Below are positions 48,404 through 58,104 of a stretch of 64,000 nt of DNA, one piece after another (position 1 is the stretch's first letter; every line of letters starts with the position of its first letter). Source of the stretch: an uncultured Thiothrix sp. GTDB taxonomy: Bacteria > Pseudomonadota > Gammaproteobacteria > Thiotrichales > Thiotrichaceae. The notes beneath the pieces are model-generated. The model did not search any database. It saw only the letters and a list, made by a program, of their open reading frames with translations, and was not told the origin of the DNA. The stretch is from assembly GCA_964293005.1 (NCBI GenBank), contig CAXYXW010000020.1, positions 3,766 through 67,765 of the forward strand, written 5' to 3'. Both the position numbers and the translations under genes were made by a program.

Positions 48404-49365
48404 CATATGCACGAATTATCGGTACAGGCAGTTACCTGCCTCCCAAGGTGGTGACTAACCGCGATCTGGAGCAGGCAGTGGATACCACTGACGCATGGAT
48501 TGTGGAGCGTACCGGTATTCGCCAACGCCATGTTGCTGATCAGGAAACGACATGCGATTTGGCTGAGGTTGCTGCCCGGCGTGCGTTGGAAATGGCAGGC
48601 AAGCGCCCGGAAGATATTGACCTGATCGTGTTGGGCACATCCACCCCTGATTTGGTATTCCCCAGTACGGCGTGCTTGTTGCAGGGGCGTTTGGGTATAC
48701 AGGGCTGCCCGGCTTTTGATGTCAATGCCGCCTGTTCTGGCTTTATTTATGCCCTGGGCGTAGCAGATAACTTTGTCCGTGCTGGAACCAGCAAATGCGC
48801 CCTGGTGGTCGGCAGTGAGGTGATGACCCGCATCCTCGATTGGAATGACCGCACGACCTGCGTGTTGTTTGGTGACGGGGCAGGGGCGATGGTGTTGGAG
48901 GCCGGTGACGAACCGGGTATCCTTTCTACCCATTTACATGCCGATGGCAAATACGACCATTTATTGAATGTCTCAGCGGGCATTTCCCGCAACCATCATT
49001 TGCTGCGTGAAAGCGGTGCTTTCCTGCAAATGAAGGGCAATGAAGTGTTCCGTATGGCGGTCAACACCTTGGGTCGGATCGTTGATGAAACCCTGGAAGC
49101 CAACCAGATGACCAAGGAGCAGGTCGATTGGCTGGTTCCCCATCAGGCCAATATCCGTATTATCCAGGCGACTGCCAAGAAATTGGGCATGCCGATGGAG
49201 CGGGTGGTGGTGACGGTGGGTGAGCATGGCAATACCTCGTCTGCGTCCATCCCGCTGGCTTTGGATGCCGCTATCCGTGACGGGCGCATCCAGCGCGGTG
49301 AAACCATCCTGCTGGAAGCTTTCGGCGGCGGTTTCACCTGGGGATCGGCGTTGGTACGTTACTGA
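48400..49365 (+). CDS. fabH: Beta-ketoacyl-ACP synthase III
   Basis: Active-site Cys context AACSGF, plus His/Asn regions. Confidence 0.9.
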   Translation: MTYARIIGTGSYLPPKVVTNRDLEQAVDTTDAWIVERTGIRQRHVADQETTCDLAEVAARRALEMAGKRPEDIDLIVLGTSTPDLVFPSTACLLQGRLGIQGCPAFDVNAACSGFIYALGVADNFVRAGTSKCALVVGSEVMTRILDWNDRTTCVLFGDGAGAMVLEAGDEPGILSTHLHADGKYDHLLNVSAGISRNHHLLRESGAFLQMKGNEVFRMAVNTLGRIVDETLEANQMTKEQVDWLVPHQANIRIIQATAKKLGMPMERVVVTVGEHGNTSSASIPLALDAAIRDGRIQRGETILLEAFGGGFTWGSALVRY

Positions 49366-49387
49366 TCATCGATAAGGGGAGGGGGCG

Positions 49388-49885
49388 ATGGCAACTGAAA
49401 TTGAGCACAAATTCTTAATCGTTTCTGATGCATGGCGCACGCAAACCAGCCGTTCCGAACTATTCCGCCAAGGCTACCTGAGTAATAACCCGGCAGCCTC
49501 GGTGCGTGTCCGCATCGCTGGTGATCAGGCAACCCTGAATATCAAGGGCATGACGGTTGGCACACACCGCCCGGAATACGAATACAGCATCCCCTTGGCT
49601 GATGCTGCTGAACTGCTGGATACCCTCTGTACCCGCCCCATCATTGAAAAGACCCGCCATTTTGTCGAATTTGCTGGTAAAACGTGGGAAATTGACGAGT
49701 TTGCCGGGGAAAATGCGGGTCTGGTGGTGGCTGAAGTGGAGCTGGATGCGGTCGGTGAAGCGTTTCAGTGTCCTGCGTGGGCAGGGCAGGATGTGTCCGG
49801 GATTGTGCGCTATTACAATGTCAGCCTGCTGAATTACCCTTATTGCCGCTGGACGGCAGAGGAGCAAGCCGGTGCAAGCGCTTAA
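49388..49885 (+). CDS. CYTH-domain protein (CyaB/thiamine-triphosphatase-like)
   Basis: The EIEHKFL N-terminal motif is characteristic of CYTH. Confidence 0.6.
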   Translation: MATEIEHKFLIVSDAWRTQTSRSELFRQGYLSNNPAASVRVRIAGDQATLNIKGMTVGTHRPEYEYSIPLADAAELLDTLCTRPIIEKTRHFVEFAGKTWEIDEFAGENAGLVVAEVELDAVGEAFQCPAWAGQDVSGIVRYYNVSLLNYPYCRWTAEEQAGASA

Positions 49886-50534
49886 GGCCATCCTGTTTGA
49901 CCATGATGGTACCTTGGTTGATTCGGAAGCGGTGCATTGCCAGTTGTGGCTGGATGTACTGAAGCCGTATGGGGTCAGTTTCAGCGAGGATGACTACATC
50001 CGCCGTTATTCCGGGATGCCAACCATTGCCAATGCCCGCGACTTGGTGGCGCGTTTTGCTTTGCCGGTGAGTGCGGAGGATTTGTCTGCCCGCAAGATTG
50101 CCGTTGCTGCTGAATTCCTGACACACAATGCCTTCCCCCTGATGCCACAGGCGCGGGCAATACTCGACCATTTTGCCGCCCAAGGCCTGGTGTTGGCGGT
50201 GGTGACAGGTGCAGGACATGATGCCGTGCGTGCCAGCCTCCGGGCGCATGGCTTGCTGGAGCGGTTTGCAACCGTGGTATCCTGCGATGATGTTGCACAT
50301 AGCAAACCTGCCCCGGATTGCTACCTGCTGGCGGCGCAGCGGTTGGGCTTGTCTCCGGCGGAGTGCATCGCCATTGAGGACACCGAACATGGCCTGGTGG
50401 CAGCGGCAGATGCCGGAGTCCCCTGTATCGCCATCCCGAATGCCATGTCCGCCCATCATGACTTTTCCCGTGCCACCGTGATATTGCCGGATTTGCAGGC
50501 GGCTAGGGCGTGGGTGGAGGAGCGGTTTTTTTAG
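49872..50534 (+). CDS. HAD-superfamily hydrolase (beta-phosphoglucomutase-like subfamily)
   Basis: GTG start. DxDGT motif (LFDHDGTLVDSE). Confidence 0.75.
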   Translation: MQALKAILFDHDGTLVDSEAVHCQLWLDVLKPYGVSFSEDDYIRRYSGMPTIANARDLVARFALPVSAEDLSARKIAVAAEFLTHNAFPLMPQARAILDHFAAQGLVLAVVTGAGHDAVRASLRAHGLLERFATVVSCDDVAHSKPAPDCYLLAAQRLGLSPAECIAIEDTEHGLVAAADAGVPCIAIPNAMSAHHDFSRATVILPDLQAARAWVEERFF

Positions 50535-50592
50535 AGCATTCGTATGGATACTTATAGGTGGACAACCTCAGCAGTAATGCAACCCACCCCCA

Positions 50593-52206
50593 TCACTGCA
50601 ACCCCGCCTTCAGTTCAGCAGCAAGCTTGCTGTCCAATACCCCATTCAGGTACATGCCAAAATGGGGGGATGCCAAGTCACGGTAAGCCCACAATCCCCA
50701 ATGTAGCCCAGCTTCGTTCATGATGCTGATTTTGTCGCGCACCAAGTTATGGCGGGTGTTTTTGGGTGCAGAGGAAATGACCCCGAACTCACCGACATAC
50801 AAAGGCACATGGTTTGTTTTTGCCCAATCCGTATATTTTTTTATATCCAGCCTGAGCTGTTTCTTATTGTATGGGGTATAAATACCCCGCAAATAGTCGG
50901 CACTGATGCTGATCTCGCCCTTGTTGTCCGGGGCAAGCACCCATCCATCTACCCGAATGCGTTCACCCGCTTTCACTTTGACCAGTGGATTGGTGTAGAA
51001 GTTGTACTGTTGGTTCCAGACCCCAAAACCATCGCTGCTGTTGCCGGTGATTTTCAGGCTATATTGCCCTCCGGTGGCAAGGCGGTTTTTTTTGTCCCAT
51101 TTGCCCGTGAAGCCTGTTTCGCTCCAGAAATACCAGTTGGCGGGTAGGCTTTTGTCCAAGATGGCGGATTTTTCCATCGAGGCATTGAACATATTGAACA
51201 GCTTCCCTTGATGTGTGACGCTGACATCATCAAACCAAACGGAACCAGTATTGCCGCTGGCTGCCAGTTTAACGGTGGCAAACTCCACGCCAGTAGGTAC
51301 AGTCAGCCAACCGCTGCTGACCTTTTGCCAAGTGCTGGCTTTTTGCCGAAACCCTTGGGCATCCTGCGCCCAGTCAGCCCACTCCGTGTTGACCAATGCC
51401 TTACCGGGGTAGGCATACTGGTTCGGGACAGGGGAGTCCCATGCCCAGGCATAACCGGCGTGGGTCATGACAAAAGGGGTATAATCATGGTAGGAGTAAA
51501 CCACGTTGCTGTCTTCCACACGCTCCAGCCGTTCGTCTCCCACCAAGGGAGGCTCAACGAACAGGATATGTCGTTTGTCCACGGCACGGATGGTGCGGAT
51601 GGTATCCGCTACCAATTCCCACCAATCGGCTGCTTGGGGAGGGATTGGCTCATTGTAGAGGTCATAACCTGCGATGATGGTCTTGCTGGCATAACGGGTG
51701 GCGATGCTTTGCCACAAGTTAAGGAATGCCTGCTTGGACTCCGGGTCATCCCACAGGAGGCGGTCGCTTGGCTCCTCATCGGGTGGTGCAATGTGCATGT
51801 CCAGGATCAAGTAAATCCCCGCCTGCTCACACCAGCGGATGTAGGTGTCGATCAGCTGGAAGCCCAGGTCGGTGTCGAAGTAGCGCCAGTGTAACGCCAA
51901 GCGGATGGCAGTCACACCCAATGATTTCAGGTAGCGGATGTCCTGCTGGGTGGCGTTTTGCCACGGTGAATTTTCATCCCACTGGTATTGGTAGTAATAA
52001 GTGTGGAGGTTGATCCCGCGCAGGAATATCGGCTCCCCTGCGCCGTTGAGGATATTGCGCCCACTGGTCTTGAGGAAGCCAACCGGGGCAGCCCGGTGTT
52101 GTACCGTTGGGTCAGGCTCTGCCGCCATTATTGGAGTGGCAAAGCCAAGGTTCAGTGTGACGAGGGAAAGAACGAGGTATCGGCGTAGTGATATGTCGGG
52201 CAGCAC
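50593..52206 (-). CDS. Glycoside hydrolase family 5 (cellulase-family) protein with an additional beta-sandwich region, secreted
   Basis: Signal peptide. GH5 catalytic acid context DLYNEP and nucleophile context VGEFGV. Confidence 0.6.
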   Translation of the reverse strand: MLPDISLRRYLVLSLVTLNLGFATPIMAAEPDPTVQHRAAPVGFLKTSGRNILNGAGEPIFLRGINLHTYYYQYQWDENSPWQNATQQDIRYLKSLGVTAIRLALHWRYFDTDLGFQLIDTYIRWCEQAGIYLILDMHIAPPDEEPSDRLLWDDPESKQAFLNLWQSIATRYASKTIIAGYDLYNEPIPPQAADWWELVADTIRTIRAVDKRHILFVEPPLVGDERLERVEDSNVVYSYHDYTPFVMTHAGYAWAWDSPVPNQYAYPGKALVNTEWADWAQDAQGFRQKASTWQKVSSGWLTVPTGVEFATVKLAASGNTGSVWFDDVSVTHQGKLFNMFNASMEKSAILDKSLPANWYFWSETGFTGKWDKKNRLATGGQYSLKITGNSSDGFGVWNQQYNFYTNPLVKVKAGERIRVDGWVLAPDNKGEISISADYLRGIYTPYNKKQLRLDIKKYTDWAKTNHVPLYVGEFGVISSAPKNTRHNLVRDKISIMNEAGLHWGLWAYRDLASPHFGMYLNGVLDSKLAAELKAGLQ

Positions 52207-52294
52207 GAAGGCTTTACCTCATGGTTGTGGCGTTATTGTCCCCATTATGTAACAACGGCTAATCGCACTCAATGATTTGAGTGATACTGTTGGC

Positions 52295-53146
52295 CTATTT
52301 CCCCTCAAGCAACCACTCCACCCGCCAGTTGGCTTGCGAGTCGGTTGCTAGTGCCTTGCACAGGCGTGACAGCAGGGTTTTCAGTTGCGTATCCAGTTGC
52401 CACGGGGCATTGATGATGGCAAGCCCGGAGCCATGCATGCCGAAGTCCATGTGCTGTTCCGCCACACTGAGTTCGGCGACCAGCAGGCTTTTGCAATCAC
52501 TCTTGCGCAAGTCTTGCAGCAGTTTGCGGCTGCCGTCGCGCCCTTTTGCCAGCAGCGGATACCAGATCACATACGTGCCGGTCGCCCAGCGCTGGATGGC
52601 TTTCTGGAGGCTTTGGGTAACGAGGGTGTAGTCTTCGCGGCGTTCATAGGGCGGGTCAATCAGTACCAGTCCGCGCCGTGGGGTGGGTGGAAGCAGGGCA
52701 GCCAAGCCTTCAAAACCGTCGCGGTGGTGCAGGGTAATGCGCCGGTCGCGCCCGAAGTTTATGCTTAGGTTTTCAGCCTCTTGGGGGTGCAGCTCCAGCA
52801 GGGTGAGTTTGTCTTGGGCACGGGTCAGTTGGCGGGCTATGTCCGGTGAGCCAGGGTAGTAACGCAGGCCACCTGCATTATTGTGGCTGGCAATGCTCTG
52901 GAAATAGTCTGCCAGTTCAGGCCAGTCCTTTTGCGTGTCCCACAGACGGGCAATGCCGCCTGCCGATTCACCCGTTTTCTTTGCCCAGTCGCTGCGCAGG
53001 TCATACAAGCCGCCGCCTGCGTGGGTATCGAGGTAAATGAACGGCTTGTCTTTCTGGCGGAAGCTGGCAAGCAGCAGGCTTAAGGTGGCGTGCTTGAGGA
53101 CATCGGCATGGTTGCCTGCATGGAAAGCGTGGCGGTAACTAAGCAA
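52295..53146 (-). CDS. rlmJ: 23S rRNA (adenine2030-N6)-methyltransferase RlmJ
   Basis: LSYRHAFHAGNHADVLKH matches the RlmJ N-terminus. Probable TTG start at 53144-53146. The longer ORF to 53383 is an upstream extension. Confidence 0.8.
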   Translation of the reverse strand: MLSYRHAFHAGNHADVLKHATLSLLLASFRQKDKPFIYLDTHAGGGLYDLRSDWAKKTGESAGGIARLWDTQKDWPELADYFQSIASHNNAGGLRYYPGSPDIARQLTRAQDKLTLLELHPQEAENLSINFGRDRRITLHHRDGFEGLAALLPPTPRRGLVLIDPPYERREDYTLVTQSLQKAIQRWATGTYVIWYPLLAKGRDGSRKLLQDLRKSDCKSLLVAELSVAEQHMDFGMHGSGLAIINAPWQLDTQLKTLLSRLCKALATDSQANWRVEWLLEGK

Positions 53147-53174
53147 AAGTATTCTCCAATCAGGGCAAAAGGGG

Positions 53175-53726
53175 TCAGTCGCGGTGGCGGTAATCCCACG
53201 GGGCTTGTGGTTTTTTATCATGCCACAGGCCTGCTTTGGCGCGGCGGGCTTGCTGTTCGGCGGCGGCGTAGGCGGCCTGGTCAGTGTGGCTTTGTTCTTT
53301 GGCATAGGCGGCATAATGCCAGCCGCAACCGTTACGGATTTGCTCCAGCGCAACATCCTTGCCATTGATGCTGACCTTGGCAACCACCCGCCCGTAGCGG
53401 TCTTTCTTGTAGGCTTCCACGGTGGCGGGCAGGTTGGCGGTGAGCATCATCAGGGATTCTTTGCACTTCTGCCCATAAGGTTGTTTTTTCTCAGGGGCAT
53501 CAATCCCTTGCAGGCGGATTTTGTAGGTTTTTTTATCAGGCCCCAGGACGGTCAGGGTATCGCCATCACTGACCCGGATAATGCGGGCTTCCGCCAATAG
53601 TGTCCCGGCTGCGGTGATTTCAGCCCCCTTGGGCAGTTTCTGGTAAGAGCCAGGTTTGATGTCCAGTGTGCCAAGGCAGCCCGCCAACAGGCTGATGGGC
53701 AAGCATAAAACGAGAAATGGTTTCAC
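53175..53726 (-). CDS. Thermonuclease (SNase-like) family lipoprotein
   Basis: Lipobox LLAGC. SNase motifs (RVSDGDTLTV, RLQGIDAPE). Probable GTG start. Confidence 0.6.
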   Translation of the reverse strand: MKPFLVLCLPISLLAGCLGTLDIKPGSYQKLPKGAEITAAGTLLAEARIIRVSDGDTLTVLGPDKKTYKIRLQGIDAPEKKQPYGQKCKESLMMLTANLPATVEAYKKDRYGRVVAKVSINGKDVALEQIRNGCGWHYAAYAKEQSHTDQAAYAAAEQQARRAKAGLWHDKKPQAPWDYRHRD

Positions 53727-53727
53727 C

Positions 53728-54393
53728 TTATTGCCCTGTTGTAGCTGGTTTGAGGGCAGGTTCGAGTGTTTTCCAGACATGCTCCAGAATCAGTGGCTGT
53801 GCTTCTGCGGTCGGGTGTAGGCCATCTTCCTGCATCAGTTTGTAATCGAGTGCCACCCCTTCCAGCAGGAATGGGATTAGTGGCAAGCTGTATTGGGAGG
53901 CAAGGTCGGTATATGCCTTGTCAAACTGCTCGGTATAGGCCATGCCATAATTGGGTGGCAGTTTGATGCCAATTAGCACGGTTTTGGCCTTGGCCTCACC
54001 CACCAGCTTGATCATTTTATCGAGGTTGTCCTGCATGTGCGCTACTGGCAAGCCGCGCAAGCCATCGTTTGCGCCCAGTTCAATGAGCACGAACTGTGGC
54101 TGATGGGTTCTGAGTGCATCCGGCAGTCGGGTCAGGCCGCCATCGGTGGTTTCACCACTGATACTGCCATTGATGACTTTATAGGAGTCACCCAGTTTGG
54201 CTTGCAGCAAGCTAACCCAGCCTTTTTCAACCGGAATGCCATAAGCGGCACTGAGGCTGTCCCCCCAAACCAATACCGTTTGTGGGAGTGGCTCAGGGGT
54301 TGCCGCTGCACTGCTGCTGGTGGCATGGAGCGGTGTGGCTGCCAGGCAAAACAAACCCAGCAGCACAGAAAATAAACGGTTCAAATAATGCAT
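53728..54393 (-). CDS. SGNH/GDSL arylesterase-lysophospholipase (TesA-like), secreted
   Basis: GDSLS block I, GANDG block III and a DGLHP block V. Confidence 0.75.
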   Translation of the reverse strand: MHYLNRLFSVLLGLFCLAATPLHATSSSAAATPEPLPQTVLVWGDSLSAAYGIPVEKGWVSLLQAKLGDSYKVINGSISGETTDGGLTRLPDALRTHQPQFVLIELGANDGLRGLPVAHMQDNLDKMIKLVGEAKAKTVLIGIKLPPNYGMAYTEQFDKAYTDLASQYSLPLIPFLLEGVALDYKLMQEDGLHPTAEAQPLILEHVWKTLEPALKPATTGQ

Positions 54394-54456
54394 GGCTTAT
54401 CCTGAAATCAAACAGGGAAAGGGGCATAGCCTACCTGAAGCCGCTCCCGGACGCAC

Positions 54457-54924
54457 TTATTCCAGCATGCTGCGTAACATCCATGCATTCTTTTCATGCA
54501 ATTGCATACGCTGGGTGAGCAAGTCGGCTGTCGGTTCGTCGCTGGCCGCATCCACGATGGGGAAGAGGCTACGGGCAGTACGTACCACTGCTTCTTGGCC
54601 TGCAACCAGGTTGCGCAGCATGTCGGTTGCGTTCGGCACGCCTTCCTCTTCCTGAATGGAAGACAAGCGGTTGTAAGCGGCATATGTGCCCGGTGCAGGG
54701 TAGCCAAGGGCGCGGATACGCTCAGCAATCAGGTCAACTGCCAATGACAGCTCGGTATATTGTGTCTCAAACATGAGGTGCAGGGTATTGAACATCGGCC
54801 CAGTCACATTCCAGTGGTAGTTATGGGTTTTGAGGTACAGGGTATACGTGTCTGCCAACAAACGGGAAAGGCCATCAGCGATAGCCTTGCGCTGGTCGTT
54901 GGGGATGCCGATATTGATGTCCAT
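54457..54924 (-). CDS. dps: Dps (DNA starvation/stationary-phase protection) ferritin-like protein
   Basis: [16 protein letters not shown] ferroxidase-site region. Confidence 0.85.
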   Translation of the reverse strand: MDINIGIPNDQRKAIADGLSRLLADTYTLYLKTHNYHWNVTGPMFNTLHLMFETQYTELSLAVDLIAERIRALGYPAPGTYAAYNRLSSIQEEEGVPNATDMLRNLVAGQEAVVRTARSLFPIVDAASDEPTADLLTQRMQLHEKNAWMLRSMLE

Positions 54925-55045
54925 TTTACTTGTCTCCGTGCGTGTATGGTTGTTTCGATAGGGGACAGTATAGGCGGGGTATGATTTTTATTAAAATCGA
55001 GTGTTTTGAATGTTTCGATCTGTTTTTTGATATTTTCTGGTTTTA

Positions 55046-55069
55046 GTGTCGGGCTAAAGCCCAACCTAC
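55046..55069. repeat. Short REP-like palindromic element (copy 2)
   Basis: gtgtcgggctaaagcccaacctac. Compare 39181-39206. Confidence 0.3.
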
Positions 55070-55121
55070 GCAACTATTGACGTGAATAGTCTGGTAGGTC
55101 AGGCTTCAGTTTGACACAGGG

Positions 55122-56285
55122 TTATGATGCTTTCGGCTTATCGGTCAAGCGTACCAAATCGTTCATCACACCCTCCAGACCGCCGTAGACGTTCAAGGTG
55201 CTGATGTGGGCAGTGACCCGTTCCAGCACTTCCAGCTCTTTCAGGCGCAGCAACACCGGGTTGCCTTCCATGACTTTGGCGGTGTTGTGCATGGAGCGGG
55301 TTTCCTGTGTTTCTTCGCGGCGGCGGATTTGGTTGGCTTCGGCCTTTTTCTCGGCTTCGACCACTTGCGCCAAAATCGCTTTCATTTCACCGGGCAACAC
55401 AATGTCACGCGCCCCGACGGTTTTCAGGTCGATGCCGTAAGTCGCCGCCTTTTCTGCCACGGTTTGCTGGATGGTTTGGTTGAGCAGGTTTTTGTCTGCC
55501 AGCAATTCGTCCAGCGTTTGCGTGGAAACCACCGCCCGCAATGCGAGTTGCAGTTCGCGGTACAGGTAGTCCTTGTGGTCTGCCAGCGCCGTTTTTACTT
55601 GTTGCGGATCAATAATCTGCCACATGGCGGACAGGTTGATGCGCAAGCCTACGCGGTCTTTGGTGAGGATTTCCTGACCATTAACCTCCATATTTTGCAG
55701 GCGGCAATCCAGTTGCGTGACCTTGATGATACGGTTGAACGCCCACCAAACGTGTTGCCCGGTGCTCAGGGTGGCTTGCTGCTCGCCGTTTACTTCCAGA
55801 AAGCCGGTGTGACCTTCGGGGATATGGGCGATCACCAGGGCGTTCAAGGCGGCAGAGCGCAGCAATGTTTCCTTGGTGGCCAGCAATTGACTTGCCAAGG
55901 CTTGTGGCAACTTGAAATCGTTACCGATGTCGAGTTTGCGCACTTCGATGACCCGCTGACCTTGCCAGCATGCACCCCGTTGGGCAGGCGGCTTGATGTC
56001 TTTCAACACTTTGTCCTGGTAGAGCAAACCGACTTCCTGTTCACCCGTTTCCCAGCGTAATAGGTGCGCCGCAAACTTGTCCGGGTGCAAGTCGGCAAGG
56101 CTGACCACTTCATCCGGCACGAAGGTTTGCGCACTGCCGGTGACAGCGAATTGCTGCACGCGGTATTGGTTTTTCCAGCCATGAAAGGTGTGGACACCCG
56201 CAGGCAGTACTTGCACGAACTGTTCGTCTTTGAACAACAGCCCGCGATGTGTTTCTGGAACAATAATCTTGGTTTTGAATAACAT
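55122..56285 (-). CDS. SPFH/band-7 (slipin/stomatin-like) domain protein
   Basis: Start MLFKTKIIVPETHRGLLFKDEQ. SPFH core, then a C-terminal coiled coil (AEKKAEANQIRRREETQE). The ORF-track extension to 56720 runs through the tRNA-like sequences and is rejected. Confidence 0.75.
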   Translation of the reverse strand: MLFKTKIIVPETHRGLLFKDEQFVQVLPAGVHTFHGWKNQYRVQQFAVTGSAQTFVPDEVVSLADLHPDKFAAHLLRWETGEQEVGLLYQDKVLKDIKPPAQRGACWQGQRVIEVRKLDIGNDFKLPQALASQLLATKETLLRSAALNALVIAHIPEGHTGFLEVNGEQQATLSTGQHVWWAFNRIIKVTQLDCRLQNMEVNGQEILTKDRVGLRINLSAMWQIIDPQQVKTALADHKDYLYRELQLALRAVVSTQTLDELLADKNLLNQTIQQTVAEKAATYGIDLKTVGARDIVLPGEMKAILAQVVEAEKKAEANQIRRREETQETRSMHNTAKVMEGNPVLLRLKELEVLERVTAHISTLNVYGGLEGVMNDLVRLTDKPKAS

Positions 56286-56516
56286 GGCGTTGTCCTTTAA
56301 AAATAAGGTGGCATTCCCCCACACCCTTGCAGGCTTGGCGGTTTGTGTTGGATGGGAATGCCGCATGAGCCGGAGCTGTAGCGGTTTCGCATCCACCAAA
56401 CCCACCGTCAAGGCAGCGCGGGTGCTGGTCGTAGCCTTTTTGCACGAATGCAGTCGGGCATTGACCGTAGGGGATTGCCGTTTGTTTGCCCTTGCGGGCC
56501 AAGCTACCATTAGGGT

Positions 56517-56587
56517 AGTTACCAGTTGGAGTCGAACCAACGACAGCTTGATCAAGTCAAGTGCTCTACCGATTGAGCTATGGTAAG
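56517..56587 (-). tRNA. tRNA-like sequence 2 (canonical D- and T-arms, atypical anticodon arm)
   Basis: Reverse complement reads CTTACCA-TA-GCTC-AATCGGTA-GAGC-A-CTTGA-CTTGA-TCAAG-CTGTC-GTTGG-TTCGACT-CCAAC-TGGTAAC-T. The T-loop TTCGA is present. The anticodon loop appears to be 5 nt. Confidence 0.4.
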
Positions 56588-56588
56588 G

Positions 56589-56656
56589 AGCAGCTAATGG
56601 GGGTCGAACCCATGACCACCGCTTGTGCGGTTGCTCTACCACTGAGCTATAGCCGC
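56589..56656 (-). tRNA. tRNA-like sequence 1 (canonical D- and T-arms, atypical anticodon arm)
   Basis: Reverse complement reads GCGGCTA-TA-GCTC-AGTGGTA-GAGC-A-ACCGC-ACAA-GCGGT-GGTC-ATGGG-TTCGACC-CCCAT-TAGCTGC-T. It is 68 nt, about 3-5 nt short of a standard tRNA. Separated from tRNA-like 2 by 1 nt. Confidence 0.4.
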
Positions 56657-57041
56657 ATGTCTGGCGTTCTGTTAACCGATACACATACTTGCCAGTGGCA
56701 GTTGTGTCAGGCAGGCACACAGAACCTGCTCCACGGGTTAGACAGTTAGTCCAGACAGGATTAGGTATAGCAAAGGTCGTGCCAATGAAGGGTTTTGTTT
56801 TTAGTATTTTGATTTTTATTGTTTTTTTATTTTAGACTGTTGCGGGTGGAGAGTAGGGATTTTGGTAAAATTATCCTTATAGATATATTTCTATCTGTCA
56901 CTGCTGGTCTTATCAATTGTTTCCTTTCTTATTTTATTCCTTTGCAATAACCCCACCCCCGCCCCTGTAAATTACCCAGCAGACGGGTATCCGATAATCT
57001 GCTAAGGTATCTGTGCGTCATGCATTGAGAGGAGCCTGCCG

Positions 57042-58100
57042 ATGAAAACAGCTTATTTCCTGTCTATCCACCGCTATGCAGTGGTTTTTTCATTGATTTT
57101 GTCTTTATGCAGCCTGGGGAATGCCTTTGCTGAAACCCCAGCCCCTGAAACCCCAAAGACCCAACGTGGCACACTCGCGGGTGGTGTGCAATATGAAACC
57201 CCCGCTTGGTTTAAGGACAGTTTCCTCGACATCCAGGATGATGTGGATGAGGCCAAAGCCGCAGGCAAGCATGTTTTGCTGTTTTTCCATCTGAATGATT
57301 GCCCCTATTGTGAACGCATGTTGCGGGAAAGCTTCTCCCAGGAACCGCTGCAAGGTTTTATCCAGCAGCATTTTGATGTGATCGGCATTAATATCAAGGG
57401 CGACCGCGAGATTGCTTTTGATAAAGAAACTTCCCTGCTGGAGAAAGAGCTGGCGGAGAAGATCAAGGTCGAATATACCCCGACCATCCTGTTTCTTGAT
57501 GGCAAAAACGATGCCGTGGCACGGCTGAATGGCTACCGCTCCCCGGCACGCTTCAAGACTATTCTCGAATACGTACAAAGCAATGCCTACGAAAAGGGCA
57601 CATTGGCGGATTATGTTGCCACCCATCAGCCCAAGGATGTTTACACTTTGCGCGATAACCCGCTGTTTAAAACCATCACGGATTTTTCTGCCATCAAGAC
57701 ACCGCTGGCGGTGATTTTTGAGGACACTTCCTGCGATGAGTGCAGCCATTTCCATGACAAGCTCCTGTCGCGCCCGGATGTGCAAACGGAGCTGAAGGCG
57801 CTGACGGTCGTGCGCCTGGATGCCAATTCCACCGATGCCATCACCGACACTGATGGCAAGCAGACCACCGCCAAGGATTGGGCAAAAACACTCGATATGC
57901 TTTATCGCCCCGGTTCGGTGCTGTTTGATGGCGGCAAAGAGGTTCAGCGTATTGACGGCATGCTCTACAGTTTCCATTTCAAGGAGCTTATCCGTTATGT
58001 TGGCGGGGGATTCCATAAAACAGCTACCATGCGGGATTATATGCGGGCGCGGCAGGAAGAGCTGTTGGCGGCGGGCATAAACATTAACCTTGCGGAATAA
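57042..58100 (+). CDS. Periplasmic thioredoxin-fold protein with two Trx-like domains
   Basis: Signal peptide. CPYC redox motif (NDCPYCERM) and a second CDEC motif. Immediately upstream of dsbD. Confidence 0.65.
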   Translation: MKTAYFLSIHRYAVVFSLILSLCSLGNAFAETPAPETPKTQRGTLAGGVQYETPAWFKDSFLDIQDDVDEAKAAGKHVLLFFHLNDCPYCERMLRESFSQEPLQGFIQQHFDVIGINIKGDREIAFDKETSLLEKELAEKIKVEYTPTILFLDGKNDAVARLNGYRSPARFKTILEYVQSNAYEKGTLADYVATHQPKDVYTLRDNPLFKTITDFSAIKTPLAVIFEDTSCDECSHFHDKLLSRPDVQTELKALTVVRLDANSTDAITDTDGKQTTAKDWAKTLDMLYRPGSVLFDGGKEVQRIDGMLYSFHFKELIRYVGGGFHKTATMRDYMRARQEELLAAGININLAE

Positions 58101-58104
58101 GGGC

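Noticed and set aside
56517-56656. Assigning specific anticodons/isotypes to the tRNA-like sequences
   Set aside because: Hand-folding gives 4-5 nt anticodon loops, so no reliable anticodon can be read. Left as tRNA-like pending tRNAscan-SE.
55122-56720. ORF-track extension of the SPFH gene to 532 aa
   Set aside because: The extension reads through the two tRNA-like sequences and has no SPFH homology. A good internal Met (MLFKTKII) precedes the SPFH core.
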